Assembly (NCBI GenBank): GCA_038889235.1
Contig: JAWAHN010000002.1
Span: forward strand, 194,356 to 226,355
Source: Candidatus Jordarchaeales archaeon
GTDB lineage: Archaea > Asgardarchaeota > Jordiarchaeia > Jordiarchaeales > Freyrarchaeaceae
Reading direction: 5' to 3'
DNA length: 32,000 nt
The position numbers and the translations under genes are program-made. The notes below the pieces were generated by a model. That model ran no database searches and was not told where the DNA came from. It was given only the letters and a program-made list of their open reading frames with translations. Positions 16,441-25,197 of the stretch are shown here, one piece after another. Every line of letters begins with the position of its first letter. The stretch's first letter is position 1.

Positions 16441-17973
16441 ATGGTTGACGCCTTCCCCTGGTGGACTGAAGAACAAAAGGCATTCCAGAAAGAGCTGAGC
16501 GAGTATGTTAGTAAGCTCATGCCCAAAGCCGAGGAAGCATATTGGGAGCGCCGCTTCCCATGGGACCTCATAAAGGAGATCGGAAAGAAAGGATACTTCG
16601 GCGCCGGTGTTCCTAAAGAGTATGGCGGTCTTGGTCTAGGGATAACCGGGTGCTGTATAGCGGCTGAGCAGCTCGGTAGACTTTACTGTGTTGGGCACAT
16701 GTTCGTGACTTCTCACATTGGAGGCTACCACCAAATTCTCTTCCACGGCACTGAGGAGCAAAAGAAGAAGTGGTTATCTGGTCTAGCCAAAGGTGTCCTC
16801 GGTGCTGTATGTATCACAGAACCTTATTACGGGTCTGATGCTGCGGGAATTGAAACTGTGGCTGTTCGTGAAGGAGACGAGTACATTATAACCGGGAAGA
16901 AGAGGTTCATCACAGCTGGTGGAGTTGCAGACAGATACCTCCTTTACGCGAGGACAAGTGACGACCCGGAGGACAGAAGGCGCTACAGGCACCTCTCAGC
17001 CTTCGTCATCGAAAAAGGAATGAAGGGTTTCAGGCTCGAAAAAATCAACGAACTGATAGGCTTCGAAAACGTCCCCAACGCGTACCTCACCTTGGACCAC
17101 GTCCGTGTCCCAGTTGAAAACAGGATCGGAAACGAGGGCGACGGCTGGAACATAATGATGGGCGGGCTTAACTTCGAGAGAACATTATGCGCCGCCGTTA
17201 CACTGGGAGGCATGCTCGAAGCACTTAGGTGCGTCTACAACTATCTTCAAAGAAGAGTTCAGTTCGGCATGAGGACAATAGACTTTGTCAACAATCAGTT
17301 CGCAATCGCAGATATGATTGCAGATTACAGAATCGCGCGGCTTGTAACATACTACTCTGCTTACACAATGGACATAGGCCTAAACATGCCCGTCGAAGCG
17401 GCTGCAGCTAAAATGTTTACGACAGACGCCTCCCTCAGAATGGGCATAAATGGAGTCCAAATAATGGGTGGAGACGGTCTAACCAAGTTTTACCCGGTTG
17501 AGCGTCTCGTGAGAGAGTCAAAAATAGGACAAATTATAGCTGGAACAAACGAAATAATGAAAGTCATCATATACAGGTTAGGACCACTTGCCATGTACGA
17601 AGATCTCATATACCCATGGAGGTTCACCTTACACCCACGTCTCAACGTCCCGATGCCGACCTTTGAAAAGTCACCATTCGCAGGAAAGGAGGTCAACGAA
17701 GAGAACATGCTCAAGTTCTTCGCGCTATACTACCGCATACACCCAGGACTTCACGCTACAATTGAGGACATAGCTAAGGAGTTCGAGGCACCACAGGAGA
17801 AAATAACAGAAGTCCTCCAGGCCATGGAGGCGAAGGGTCTCGCATCACTCTACAGGGACCGCAAGGGGAAGATACTACTTGCAAGGCCAACGTACAAAGC
17901 CCTCCTACAAGCGGCGCCACCGGAATACTACAAGTGGTTCCCAGCATGGTACAGAGATGAAGACAAGTTCTAA
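16441..17973 (+). CDS. acyl-CoA dehydrogenase with C-terminal winged-helix-like extension
   Basis: GVPKEYGGLG, CITEPYYGSDAAG, ITGKKRFIT, LNFER, RVQFG, VQIMGGDG, IIAGTNEI, then ~120 extra residues. Confidence 0.9.
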   Translation: MVDAFPWWTEEQKAFQKELSEYVSKLMPKAEEAYWERRFPWDLIKEIGKKGYFGAGVPKEYGGLGLGITGCCIAAEQLGRLYCVGHMFVTSHIGGYHQILFHGTEEQKKKWLSGLAKGVLGAVCITEPYYGSDAAGIETVAVREGDEYIITGKKRFITAGGVADRYLLYARTSDDPEDRRRYRHLSAFVIEKGMKGFRLEKINELIGFENVPNAYLTLDHVRVPVENRIGNEGDGWNIMMGGLNFERTLCAAVTLGGMLEALRCVYNYLQRRVQFGMRTIDFVNNQFAIADMIADYRIARLVTYYSAYTMDIGLNMPVEAAAAKMFTTDASLRMGINGVQIMGGDGLTKFYPVERLVRESKIGQIIAGTNEIMKVIIYRLGPLAMYEDLIYPWRFTLHPRLNVPMPTFEKSPFAGKEVNEENMLKFFALYYRIHPGLHATIEDIAKEFEAPQEKITEVLQAMEAKGLASLYRDRKGKILLARPTYKALLQAAPPEYYKWFPAWYRDEDKF

Positions 17974-17979
17974 ATCCTA

Positions 17980-17994
17980 TTTTCCTTCTTTTTT
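17980..17994 (+). terminator. oligo-T tract downstream of ACAD
   Basis: TTTTCCTTCTTTTTT 7 nt after the stop; consistent with archaeal U-tract termination. Confidence 0.35.
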
Positions 17995-18022
17995 ACTTTG
18001 TTAAAGTAGTGAGGGTAAGTTT

Positions 18023-18883
18023 TTGAAAGTTATAGATGCTCACATCCATCTTATTCCAGAAAAAGTCATTAGTAGTGGTGTTCTAGTTTTAATGCAACGT
18101 TTTTTCCAAGTTGACCCTGACTTTTATCTTCAAATAGTAAGAAGCCCCGACAACTTGGTTAGATATCTTGACAAGTACGATATTGAAGCTGTCGCCGTAA
18201 TGTCCTATCCTGCACCAGACGTCATGGGCTGGGGAGACGAGCTCGTCGACGCTGTAGGCGAGTACACCAGCAGATACCCTGACAGGTTACTCTTCTTTTG
18301 CTCAGTTCATCCTAGGTTTGAAAGCCATCCCACGAGAAGGCTGGAGCACCTTTACAGCAAGTATGAAGTACGGGGGATAAAACTTCACCCTGTCCACCAG
18401 CTCTTCAAACCAAATGCCTACCTACCTGAAGAAGGTGGGATGCGCACGCTGGAAGAAATCTACCAGTTTGCGGTAGACCACGAAATCCCCGTATTGTTCC
18501 ACACTGGGACAAGTGTGTTCCCAAGGGCGCGAAACAAGTACGGCGACCCAATGTTCCTAGACGATGTTGCCACCGATTACCCGAAACTGGAAATAATAAT
18601 GAGCCATGGTGGACGTCCAATATGGATGAAGACGGCAACATTCCTTTTACGAAGACACCCCAACATAACACTTGACATTTCAAGCATACCACCGAAGAAG
18701 TTGACAGAATACTTCCCAGACATAGAGAAACTTGCCGATAGGAGCATGTTCGGCTCTGACTGGCCAAGTCCGGGAGTGTCAACTATACACGGTAACATAG
18801 AACAATTTCTAAGCACCGAGCTCTCCAGCCAAGCAAAAGAAAAAATACTTTTCAAAACAGCATCAAAAAAACTTAAACTATAA
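18023..18883 (+). CDS. amidohydrolase family 2 protein
   Basis: IDAHIH, GIKLHP, VLFHTG, IMSHGG, MFGSDWP. TTG start. Confidence 0.88.
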   Translation: MKVIDAHIHLIPEKVISSGVLVLMQRFFQVDPDFYLQIVRSPDNLVRYLDKYDIEAVAVMSYPAPDVMGWGDELVDAVGEYTSRYPDRLLFFCSVHPRFESHPTRRLEHLYSKYEVRGIKLHPVHQLFKPNAYLPEEGGMRTLEEIYQFAVDHEIPVLFHTGTSVFPRARNKYGDPMFLDDVATDYPKLEIIMSHGGRPIWMKTATFLLRRHPNITLDISSIPPKKLTEYFPDIEKLADRSMFGSDWPSPGVSTIHGNIEQFLSTELSSQAKEKILFKTASKKLKL

Positions 18884-18955
18884 TTTCAATTTCCCGTTCC
18901 TAAAAAATACCTTTACGGGAATAATGAAAAATGAATGAAGATGGTTTTGTTCAAA

Positions 18956-19759
18956 TTACTGTTTTTCTTTCTTTTGAATCACTTTGTCGAGTATGCCAAA
19001 GATTCCAAGTGCTAGGAACACGAAGGATACAAGTGTGATTATTAGCGAAACAAGGGATCTTGTCTCTATCATTAAGGATGACACTAAGAAACCCCAGATA
19101 ATAAGTGTTGTGAGGTACAATGCAAAGCCTAGTGATCTGCCACTCTTGTTCGACCATGCCAGGTAGTAAAATAGGATCATCGTCGGAATACCGATCGCGC
19201 TATCGTACATGGAAAGTGTAATTAGCGGAGTGTTTGTAACCAGTATTTCCGCTGGGTCGAGAAGCAAGTTTATCATTATAGCCACTTGTTGGTTCGGACT
19301 TAAGAAGTTCGGAAAAACGGTTTTCAGAATTATAAACCATGGATTACCCATCCCTGCCATGTATAGGTAAGATCTGACGAGAATCATCGTTAAACTATAT
19401 GTCACGCTTCCATAATTGTAGTGAAGAAGTGCCACTAGCACTATTATTGCAGGAAGCAAGTATACTTGTTTAACTCCGAGCAACACGACTCCAATAGTCG
19501 TTACAAATCCCATTGCAATTAGAGCGAGAATTGCCATTGTATGAAGCAGGTCTAATGTGACAACGTCTAATACTAGCAGGATATTTGCCATCGCCATTAA
19601 TACCATGAAAGTAAAGTATATGGTAAATAGCAGTGTAATTTTCTCGCGTGTCTCTAGGTATCTCCTAAAAAGTTGCACCGCGCAGGAACCTAGAATTACT
19701 GCGTGCAAAAAGTACAATATAGGTTCATACGTCCCTGTATTTAATATAGATACAGGCAT
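18956..19759 (-). CDS. polytopic (~7 TM) membrane protein, unknown function
   Basis: About seven hydrophobic segments. ATG 19759 overlaps the upstream TAA (TAATG); the track's ATG 19765 is an alternative start. Confidence 0.75.
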   Translation of the reverse strand: MPVSILNTGTYEPILYFLHAVILGSCAVQLFRRYLETREKITLLFTIYFTFMVLMAMANILLVLDVVTLDLLHTMAILALIAMGFVTTIGVVLLGVKQVYLLPAIIVLVALLHYNYGSVTYSLTMILVRSYLYMAGMGNPWFIILKTVFPNFLSPNQQVAIMINLLLDPAEILVTNTPLITLSMYDSAIGIPTMILFYYLAWSNKSGRSLGFALYLTTLIIWGFLVSSLMIETRSLVSLIITLVSFVFLALGIFGILDKVIQKKEKQ

Positions 19760-20157
19760 TACCATATCCTCCTTTCTTTCTCTCTAATCTCGTCAAGTAT
19801 ACTTTTCTTGTCTTTTATGTACTTCTCAATGACATAGAAATCGGATAGTACGTTTATTCTGCTTCTAAGATTTATTGAGGCAAGCCTTGAAATATGCGGA
19901 TCCTGCATGATCACTATGACCCCGACTTTATCCGTCACTTTCATGAGAAATGAGTTGTTGTTGTGTATGGTGTCTCCTATATGCATGTCTCTTAAAGGAA
20001 AATTCTTATAGTATTCGAGGAGTTCGGCGGGGATTTCCCCCCTTTCACCCCAAATCTTGTTGTTAATGTCCACTATTGCTACAGCTAAAGGTTTCCACCT
20101 TCCAATATTTGTCTCAACAAGTGAAACCAGTTTATCTGTATCAATTTCACTACTCAA
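19759..20157 (-). CDS. hypothetical protein, probable roadblock/profilin-like fold
   Basis: 132 aa, TTG start after GGAGGG; helix-LAVAIVD-KIWGERG-helix-three strands-helix order. Fold is inference. Confidence 0.55.
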   Translation of the reverse strand: MSSEIDTDKLVSLVETNIGRWKPLAVAIVDINNKIWGERGEIPAELLEYYKNFPLRDMHIGDTIHNNNSFLMKVTDKVGVIVIMQDPHISRLASINLRSRINVLSDFYVIEKYIKDKKSILDEIREKERRIW

Positions 20158-20329
20158 CCAAATCCCTCCAAGACAACTGATGTATATAACTTTTTCATAT
20201 ATTTCTTTTCTAAAAATCTCCTTACTTTCTTTTCCTTAAAAGTTCTTAAAAATTCAAAGTCTACATGTAAATGTTTAGTTTAAGCGTATTATTTTGTTGC
20301 TGTGAGGAGCGAAATTTTCATTTTTTCAA

Positions 20330-20348
20330 GAGAAGCTTGTAGCTTCTC
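20330..20348. promoter_or_regulatory. perfect 8-3-8 inverted repeat GAGAAGCT-TGT-AGCTTCTC in divergent spacer
   Basis: Seen directly, ~22 nt upstream of GAAAAA-CTTTAAAG (candidate valS BRE/TATA). Confidence 0.4.
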
Positions 20349-20433
20349 CTAGGTTTCTGTTTTAGAAAAACTTTAAAGCTTGCGTCTCTTCTTTTCCCTG
20401 TAAGTCATTCTTGGAGTTTTCCGGGGGACTAGC

Positions 20434-22890
20434 ATGCCTAGCAAAATTAAGGAGCCTCGTTGGGATGTTTCTAAGGAGTCTGAAATATGGGAGCTTTGGC
20501 AAAAAGAGAGGATATATCGCTTTGACGAGAAAAGTGAAAAGCCTGTTTTCACGATAGATAATCCTCCTCCTTATGTGAGCGGTAGGTGGCATATGGGTGG
20601 CGCTGTTCACTATGCTTCAATAGATTTTATAGCCCGCTTTTTACGCATGAAAGGCTTCGAAGTACTTTATAAGTTCGGCCTTGACAGGAATGGTCTCCCG
20701 GTTGAGGTTAGCGTGGAGAAAGAGTATGGAATAAAGATGACTGCAACTCCCAGAGAGGCGTTTATAACCAAGTGTAAGGAGTATCTCGACAAAGTTGGAA
20801 GCGATATTCTAAACATTTGCAAGCTTATGGGCTTTTCCAACAACTCTTTCGAGTGGGATGAAATATACAAAACAGACCAAGACGAGTACAGAGCCCTTAC
20901 GCAGGCAACCTTCATTGAGTTGTGGAAAAAGGGTTACATTTACGAAGATGAACGCCCCGTGAGTTGGTGCGTGGACTGCCAGACCGTTATAGCTGAAGCT
21001 GAGGTCGAGAGACAGGAGGAAGAAACGAGCCTATATTATGTTAAGTTTAAAGTCAAGGAGACTGGAGAAGACCTAGTCATAGCAACGACTAGGCCTGAGC
21101 TGATATGTGCATGCGGCGCAGTTATAGTCAACCCCAATGATGAACGCTACAAGAAACTTCATGGCCTAACTGCAGTTACGCCTATTTACGGGAAAGAGGT
21201 TCCCATAATCCCCCACCCAGCAGCCAAGCCGGAATATGGGACGGGCGCGGTCATGGTTTGTTCTTACGGAGATGTGGTCGACCTCAGACTTTTTAGGGAA
21301 CTGTCCCTCACCCCGACTTTCGCGATAAACAAGGATGGAGTGATGACTGAAGCCGCCGGAAAGTACACTGGACTAAAAGTGGTTGAAGCTAGGAAAGCGA
21401 TAGTCGAAGACCTGAAGCGCATGGGCCTACTAGTTAAATCAGAAAGGATAATTCACAGCCAACCAATATGCTGGAGAAGCAAGACTCCAATAGAATATGT
21501 TCCTATGAAAGAATACTACTTGAAAATGCTTGATTTCATCCCTCGTCTTAAAGAAATTGCTGAGGAAGTTGAATGGCACCCTCCATCAGCTAAACAGCTG
21601 TGGCTTAACTGGCTTAACTCTCTTACCATGGACTGGCCTATTTCGAGGAGACGTTACTACGGTACAGAGATACCTATATGGTATTGCAAGAAGTGCGGTG
21701 CACCGAATCTCCCAGAGCCAGGAAAATATTACAAGCCTTGGAAGGAGAAACCTCCATTCGAAAAGTGTGGCAAGTGCGGCGCCTCGGAGGGCTTCATAGG
21801 TGAAGAAAGAACATTCGACACTTGGGTTGACTCGTCGATTTCACCGCTGTTCATCTCTCTATACCCGGGAAATGTTAAGGAAAAGAGCGAGCCATTCTAT
21901 AGAAAGGTGTCTTCTCGTCCTTACCTCTGTGACCTTCGCCCGCAAGGTAAAGATATCGTAGGAACATGGTTGAATTACACCATGCTGAGAATTCTGCAGC
22001 TTCTGGACAAACCGGCGTTTAAACACGTTTGGATAAGTGGGCACGTCGTCGACAAAGATGGACGGAAAATGTCCAAGAGTCTCGGGAATATAATTTACCC
22101 TGAACCAGTCGTAGCGAAATACGGTGCTGATGCGGTCAGGCTCTACGCCTGCATGGCCGCATCCCTGGGCGACGACATCCGTTTTGACGAATCCAAGGTT
22201 GCTGGCATCTCCCGCTTCCTACAAAAGCTGTGGAATATAGCCCGCTTTATATCGAACTTCCCAGAACCCACTGAAGGTTTCACTCTAACTGAAACAGACC
22301 GCTGGATCCTTTCAGAGCTTAACAAGTTGATTAAAGAAGTCGATGAAAGCTACTCCTCTTTTGACTTCCACCCTGGCGCAGTCGCACTATACAACTTCAT
22401 ATGGAATGTTTTCGCTAGTCACTACATTGAAATGGTAAAAGCACGTGCCTATAACAGAAACGGAACATTCAGCGAAGGCGAGCAAAAAGCAGCCCACTGG
22501 ACATTGCACTTCTGCCTAAAAACAATACTCAAACTCTTGGCCCCAATAACACCCTTCATAACAGATGCCATTTGGAGACAGCTATACGGCAAGGAAAGTA
22601 TACACAAGGAAAAATTCCCGGAGGCAGACCAATCAATGATTCTAGAGAAAGACTACACGAAGCTGATCCTGGAAACAAACTCCGCTATCTGGAAAGCTAA
22701 GAAGAAGGCAGGTCTCTCACTTAAACTTCCGATAAAAGCAGCAATATTGCCGAAAGAATTAGAAGCACTTGCCATGGACCTGCGTGAAATGCACTGTATA
22801 GAAGAACTCACATTCTCAGACCAAGCTGAAGCACCTGGTTTCGAGGAGTTCCAAGCAGGAGGGAAAAAGATCTTTGTTGCAATAAAGTAG
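20434..22890 (+). CDS. valS: valine--tRNA ligase
   Basis: IDNPPPYVSGRWHMGG (HIGH), IATTRPEL editing domain, DWPISRRRYYG, DTWVDSS, KMSKS, anticodon-binding helical domain. Confidence 0.95.
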   Translation: MPSKIKEPRWDVSKESEIWELWQKERIYRFDEKSEKPVFTIDNPPPYVSGRWHMGGAVHYASIDFIARFLRMKGFEVLYKFGLDRNGLPVEVSVEKEYGIKMTATPREAFITKCKEYLDKVGSDILNICKLMGFSNNSFEWDEIYKTDQDEYRALTQATFIELWKKGYIYEDERPVSWCVDCQTVIAEAEVERQEEETSLYYVKFKVKETGEDLVIATTRPELICACGAVIVNPNDERYKKLHGLTAVTPIYGKEVPIIPHPAAKPEYGTGAVMVCSYGDVVDLRLFRELSLTPTFAINKDGVMTEAAGKYTGLKVVEARKAIVEDLKRMGLLVKSERIIHSQPICWRSKTPIEYVPMKEYYLKMLDFIPRLKEIAEEVEWHPPSAKQLWLNWLNSLTMDWPISRRRYYGTEIPIWYCKKCGAPNLPEPGKYYKPWKEKPPFEKCGKCGASEGFIGEERTFDTWVDSSISPLFISLYPGNVKEKSEPFYRKVSSRPYLCDLRPQGKDIVGTWLNYTMLRILQLLDKPAFKHVWISGHVVDKDGRKMSKSLGNIIYPEPVVAKYGADAVRLYACMAASLGDDIRFDESKVAGISRFLQKLWNIARFISNFPEPTEGFTLTETDRWILSELNKLIKEVDESYSSFDFHPGAVALYNFIWNVFASHYIEMVKARAYNRNGTFSEGEQKAAHWTLHFCLKTILKLLAPITPFITDAIWRQLYGKESIHKEKFPEADQSMILEKDYTKLILETNSAIWKAKKKAGLSLKLPIKAAILPKELEALAMDLREMHCIEELTFSDQAEAPGFEEFQAGGKKIFVAIK

Positions 22891-22914
22891 CAAGGACAAC
22901 GCTGGAGACCGTTT

Positions 22915-24177
22915 TTAATATCTTAAAATTGCAGCGACACCCTTGAAGGCTTGTATTAACTGCTGTCCTTCCTCGGTCTCAGTAGATATTACTTCAACCC
23001 TAGCTCCCGTCTGCTCACCCAGCTCTCCCAGCTCTTCTATTATATCTTTCACTTCCTTCACAGCTAGAAGCGAACTGTTACACTGCGGACAGTTTCTCTG
23101 CGCAACTTCACTCTGAATCCACGACAGTTCACTTCTCCTAGCCGTCCTCACTTCTTCGTAGTTGCAACTTGGACAGCTGATCGTCACTTTGACAACGTCC
23201 AATCCCTCTGAAATCAAGAGAGTGTCTACCCTACCTTGTATTAACGCCTCTCTAACCTCTTGCTCACCGTAAGTAACCTTGCTGTCGTCTTTAGCCAAAA
23301 TCTCGAGAAATTTTTGCACAAGCCGCTTCTCCTCAGTGTATCTCAAATTGGTGAGAAGGGCTTCAGCCTTCCATATAACATCTCTGATTCCAGGCTCCCC
23401 GGTGTAGCCTGTATCAACCACACCTATAACTTTCTGTTTAAGACGGTAATCTAAGTAGTCGCCGTCAACAAACTTCTCTTTCGACGGTCCCGGTCCTCCT
23501 ATCACGATTCCCTTCAAATCAGGAATAGAGAGAAAAACGTTGTTCGCGTGCTCCCCGATTCTCTTAAAGAATTCATGCCCTGCCTGCTCTATGAGTCGCT
23601 CAAACCTACGCTGAGACTGTCCTCCCGCTGTATGCTTTCCGGGGATACCCGACGTAAGCTTCTTGTGAATTTCAAGACGAGTACCCCTAACAGTAGCGAT
23701 GTGCGCCTCAGACTTATCCAAAACTATTATACCGTAAGTATCCTTTTCCTCGAGCATTTCCTTTAATGGGTCTAAGAAGAACTTGTTGTCACAATGATAC
23801 TTGTAAATCCTTATAGGTTCAGGTGGTACAACCATCCAGAACTCAAGCTTCTCCGTACCTTGCCCGCTAGTTGGTATCGCACCACTAAATATCACGAGGC
23901 CGTTCGGGGGCGGGCGCGAAAAATACTTCAACTTAGAAATTATGCTTCTAAGCGCCTCCATGACGTTCTTGCGCGTCCCCTTAGACTTAATGTTGGCCGC
24001 TGTACTGTACTCCTCTCTAAGGTTATTCATCACGTCACTTATATTCCGGTCTGGCGGAATATAGAGGCTGATTAACTCTGTGTGCTGGCCTTTTTTCGCC
24101 TCCAGCTCCTCTATGAGCTTACGCAGTTTGTACTTTTCAAAGGATGTCCTCTCTTTAACTTCTACTTCCTCACTCAT
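22915..24177 (-). CDS. prf1: peptide chain release factor aRF1
   Basis: TAANIKS, YHCDNKF (YxCxxxF), AGGQSQRRF. Start ATG 24177. Confidence 0.96.
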   Translation of the reverse strand: MSEEVEVKERTSFEKYKLRKLIEELEAKKGQHTELISLYIPPDRNISDVMNNLREEYSTAANIKSKGTRKNVMEALRSIISKLKYFSRPPPNGLVIFSGAIPTSGQGTEKLEFWMVVPPEPIRIYKYHCDNKFFLDPLKEMLEEKDTYGIIVLDKSEAHIATVRGTRLEIHKKLTSGIPGKHTAGGQSQRRFERLIEQAGHEFFKRIGEHANNVFLSIPDLKGIVIGGPGPSKEKFVDGDYLDYRLKQKVIGVVDTGYTGEPGIRDVIWKAEALLTNLRYTEEKRLVQKFLEILAKDDSKVTYGEQEVREALIQGRVDTLLISEGLDVVKVTISCPSCNYEEVRTARRSELSWIQSEVAQRNCPQCNSSLLAVKEVKDIIEELGELGEQTGARVEVISTETEEGQQLIQAFKGVAAILRY

Positions 24178-24224
24178 GACATGCACACCTCTCAAACTAT
24201 GAACCTAACAGTCCCATTTAGCAG

Positions 24225-24662
24225 TCAAGTGTTTCTCCCAGCATTAGGAGAAACACACTTTCCCAGTACTTTCAGCAGTTTCTCCTCAACTGTGTCGGGA
24301 GTGTACTCAATTTTGACTATGTTGGGATTTCCGAGCACCAAAGCTGAAACACCTTTCCTAGCTTCCGGCAGATATAAACATATGACAGGCTTACCCCTGT
24401 CAAGTGCCGACTGAATTTCAACACCAACTCCTATAGATGGCGTGGAAACTTCGGCTACTAGTACATCACATTCATTAATGAGCTTCATATCTCTTTCGAA
24501 TATTTCCTCGTCGCTTAACCCCTCCTCAGCTCTCCCACTTTCATCTACCACGTGAGGAGTAATCACTTTGCAACCCATCCGCTCTAAAACGAAAAATATT
24601 TTCCTATAAATTTCACCGCTTTTCCGCTCGCCTCTCATCGGAGCTGCGAAGTAAACTTTCAA
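24225..24662 (-). CDS. nucleoside 2-deoxyribosyltransferase / RCL-like N-glycosidase
   Basis: KVYFAAPMRG, IFERDMKLINECDVLVAEV, PSIGVGVE, GKPVICL. Confidence 0.85.
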   Translation of the reverse strand: MKVYFAAPMRGERKSGEIYRKIFFVLERMGCKVITPHVVDESGRAEEGLSDEEIFERDMKLINECDVLVAEVSTPSIGVGVEIQSALDRGKPVICLYLPEARKGVSALVLGNPNIVKIEYTPDTVEEKLLKVLGKCVSPNAGRNT

Positions 24663-24674
24663 GAAAGATCCCGC

Positions 24675-25187
24675 CTATAGTGGAGTGGTAAATTTATCTC
24701 CTCCAAGGTGCAAGAGGATCTCCTTTCTCCTAGCACTGAAGTCCTCTTCAGCATAAGCTTCAAGAACTCTACCTATGAAGACCATGTGGTCTCCTGCTTC
24801 AACCGTTTTCTCAACCTTGCACTCGAGGTGGGCGATGCACTCAGCTATTATCGGTGCCCGCACTCTTCTGGCAGGAGCAGCGGTCAACCCTGTTTCGCTA
24901 AACTTGTCGACGTCTCTTCCAGATATGGTTCCACAGAAGAGTACCTCTTTGACAAGTTTAGACGGTGGAACGTTAACCACGAACTCGCCGCTCTCCTTAA
25001 TCATCCTGTATGACTCCCTCTGGAAGCCTATACTGACGGCAACCATTGGGGGGTTAAAGCTGACAGGCATAGACCAGGCAAGAGTAATTATGTTTCTCTT
25101 ACCCTTCGAGTCTATGCAGCTGACCAGCACAACCGGCCTCGGGTAAAGTAGAAGGTAAGCGTTCGATACACTAACTTTCAAAGGCAA
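24675..25187 (-). CDS. flavin reductase-like (DIM6/NTAB) protein
   Basis: LYPRPVVLVS, VSFNPPMVAVS, SGEFVVN, APIIAEC...LEC, GDHMVFIG. Confidence 0.88.
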   Translation of the reverse strand: MPLKVSVSNAYLLLYPRPVVLVSCIDSKGKRNIITLAWSMPVSFNPPMVAVSIGFQRESYRMIKESGEFVVNVPPSKLVKEVLFCGTISGRDVDKFSETGLTAAPARRVRAPIIAECIAHLECKVEKTVEAGDHMVFIGRVLEAYAEEDFSARRKEILLHLGGDKFTTPL

Positions 25188-25197
25188 TCACCAACCG

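Noticed and set aside
18956-19759. Microbial rhodopsin or heliorhodopsin
   Set aside because: No retinal-binding Lys within the last helix (no DxxxK or SxxxK) and no helix-C RYxxW motif.
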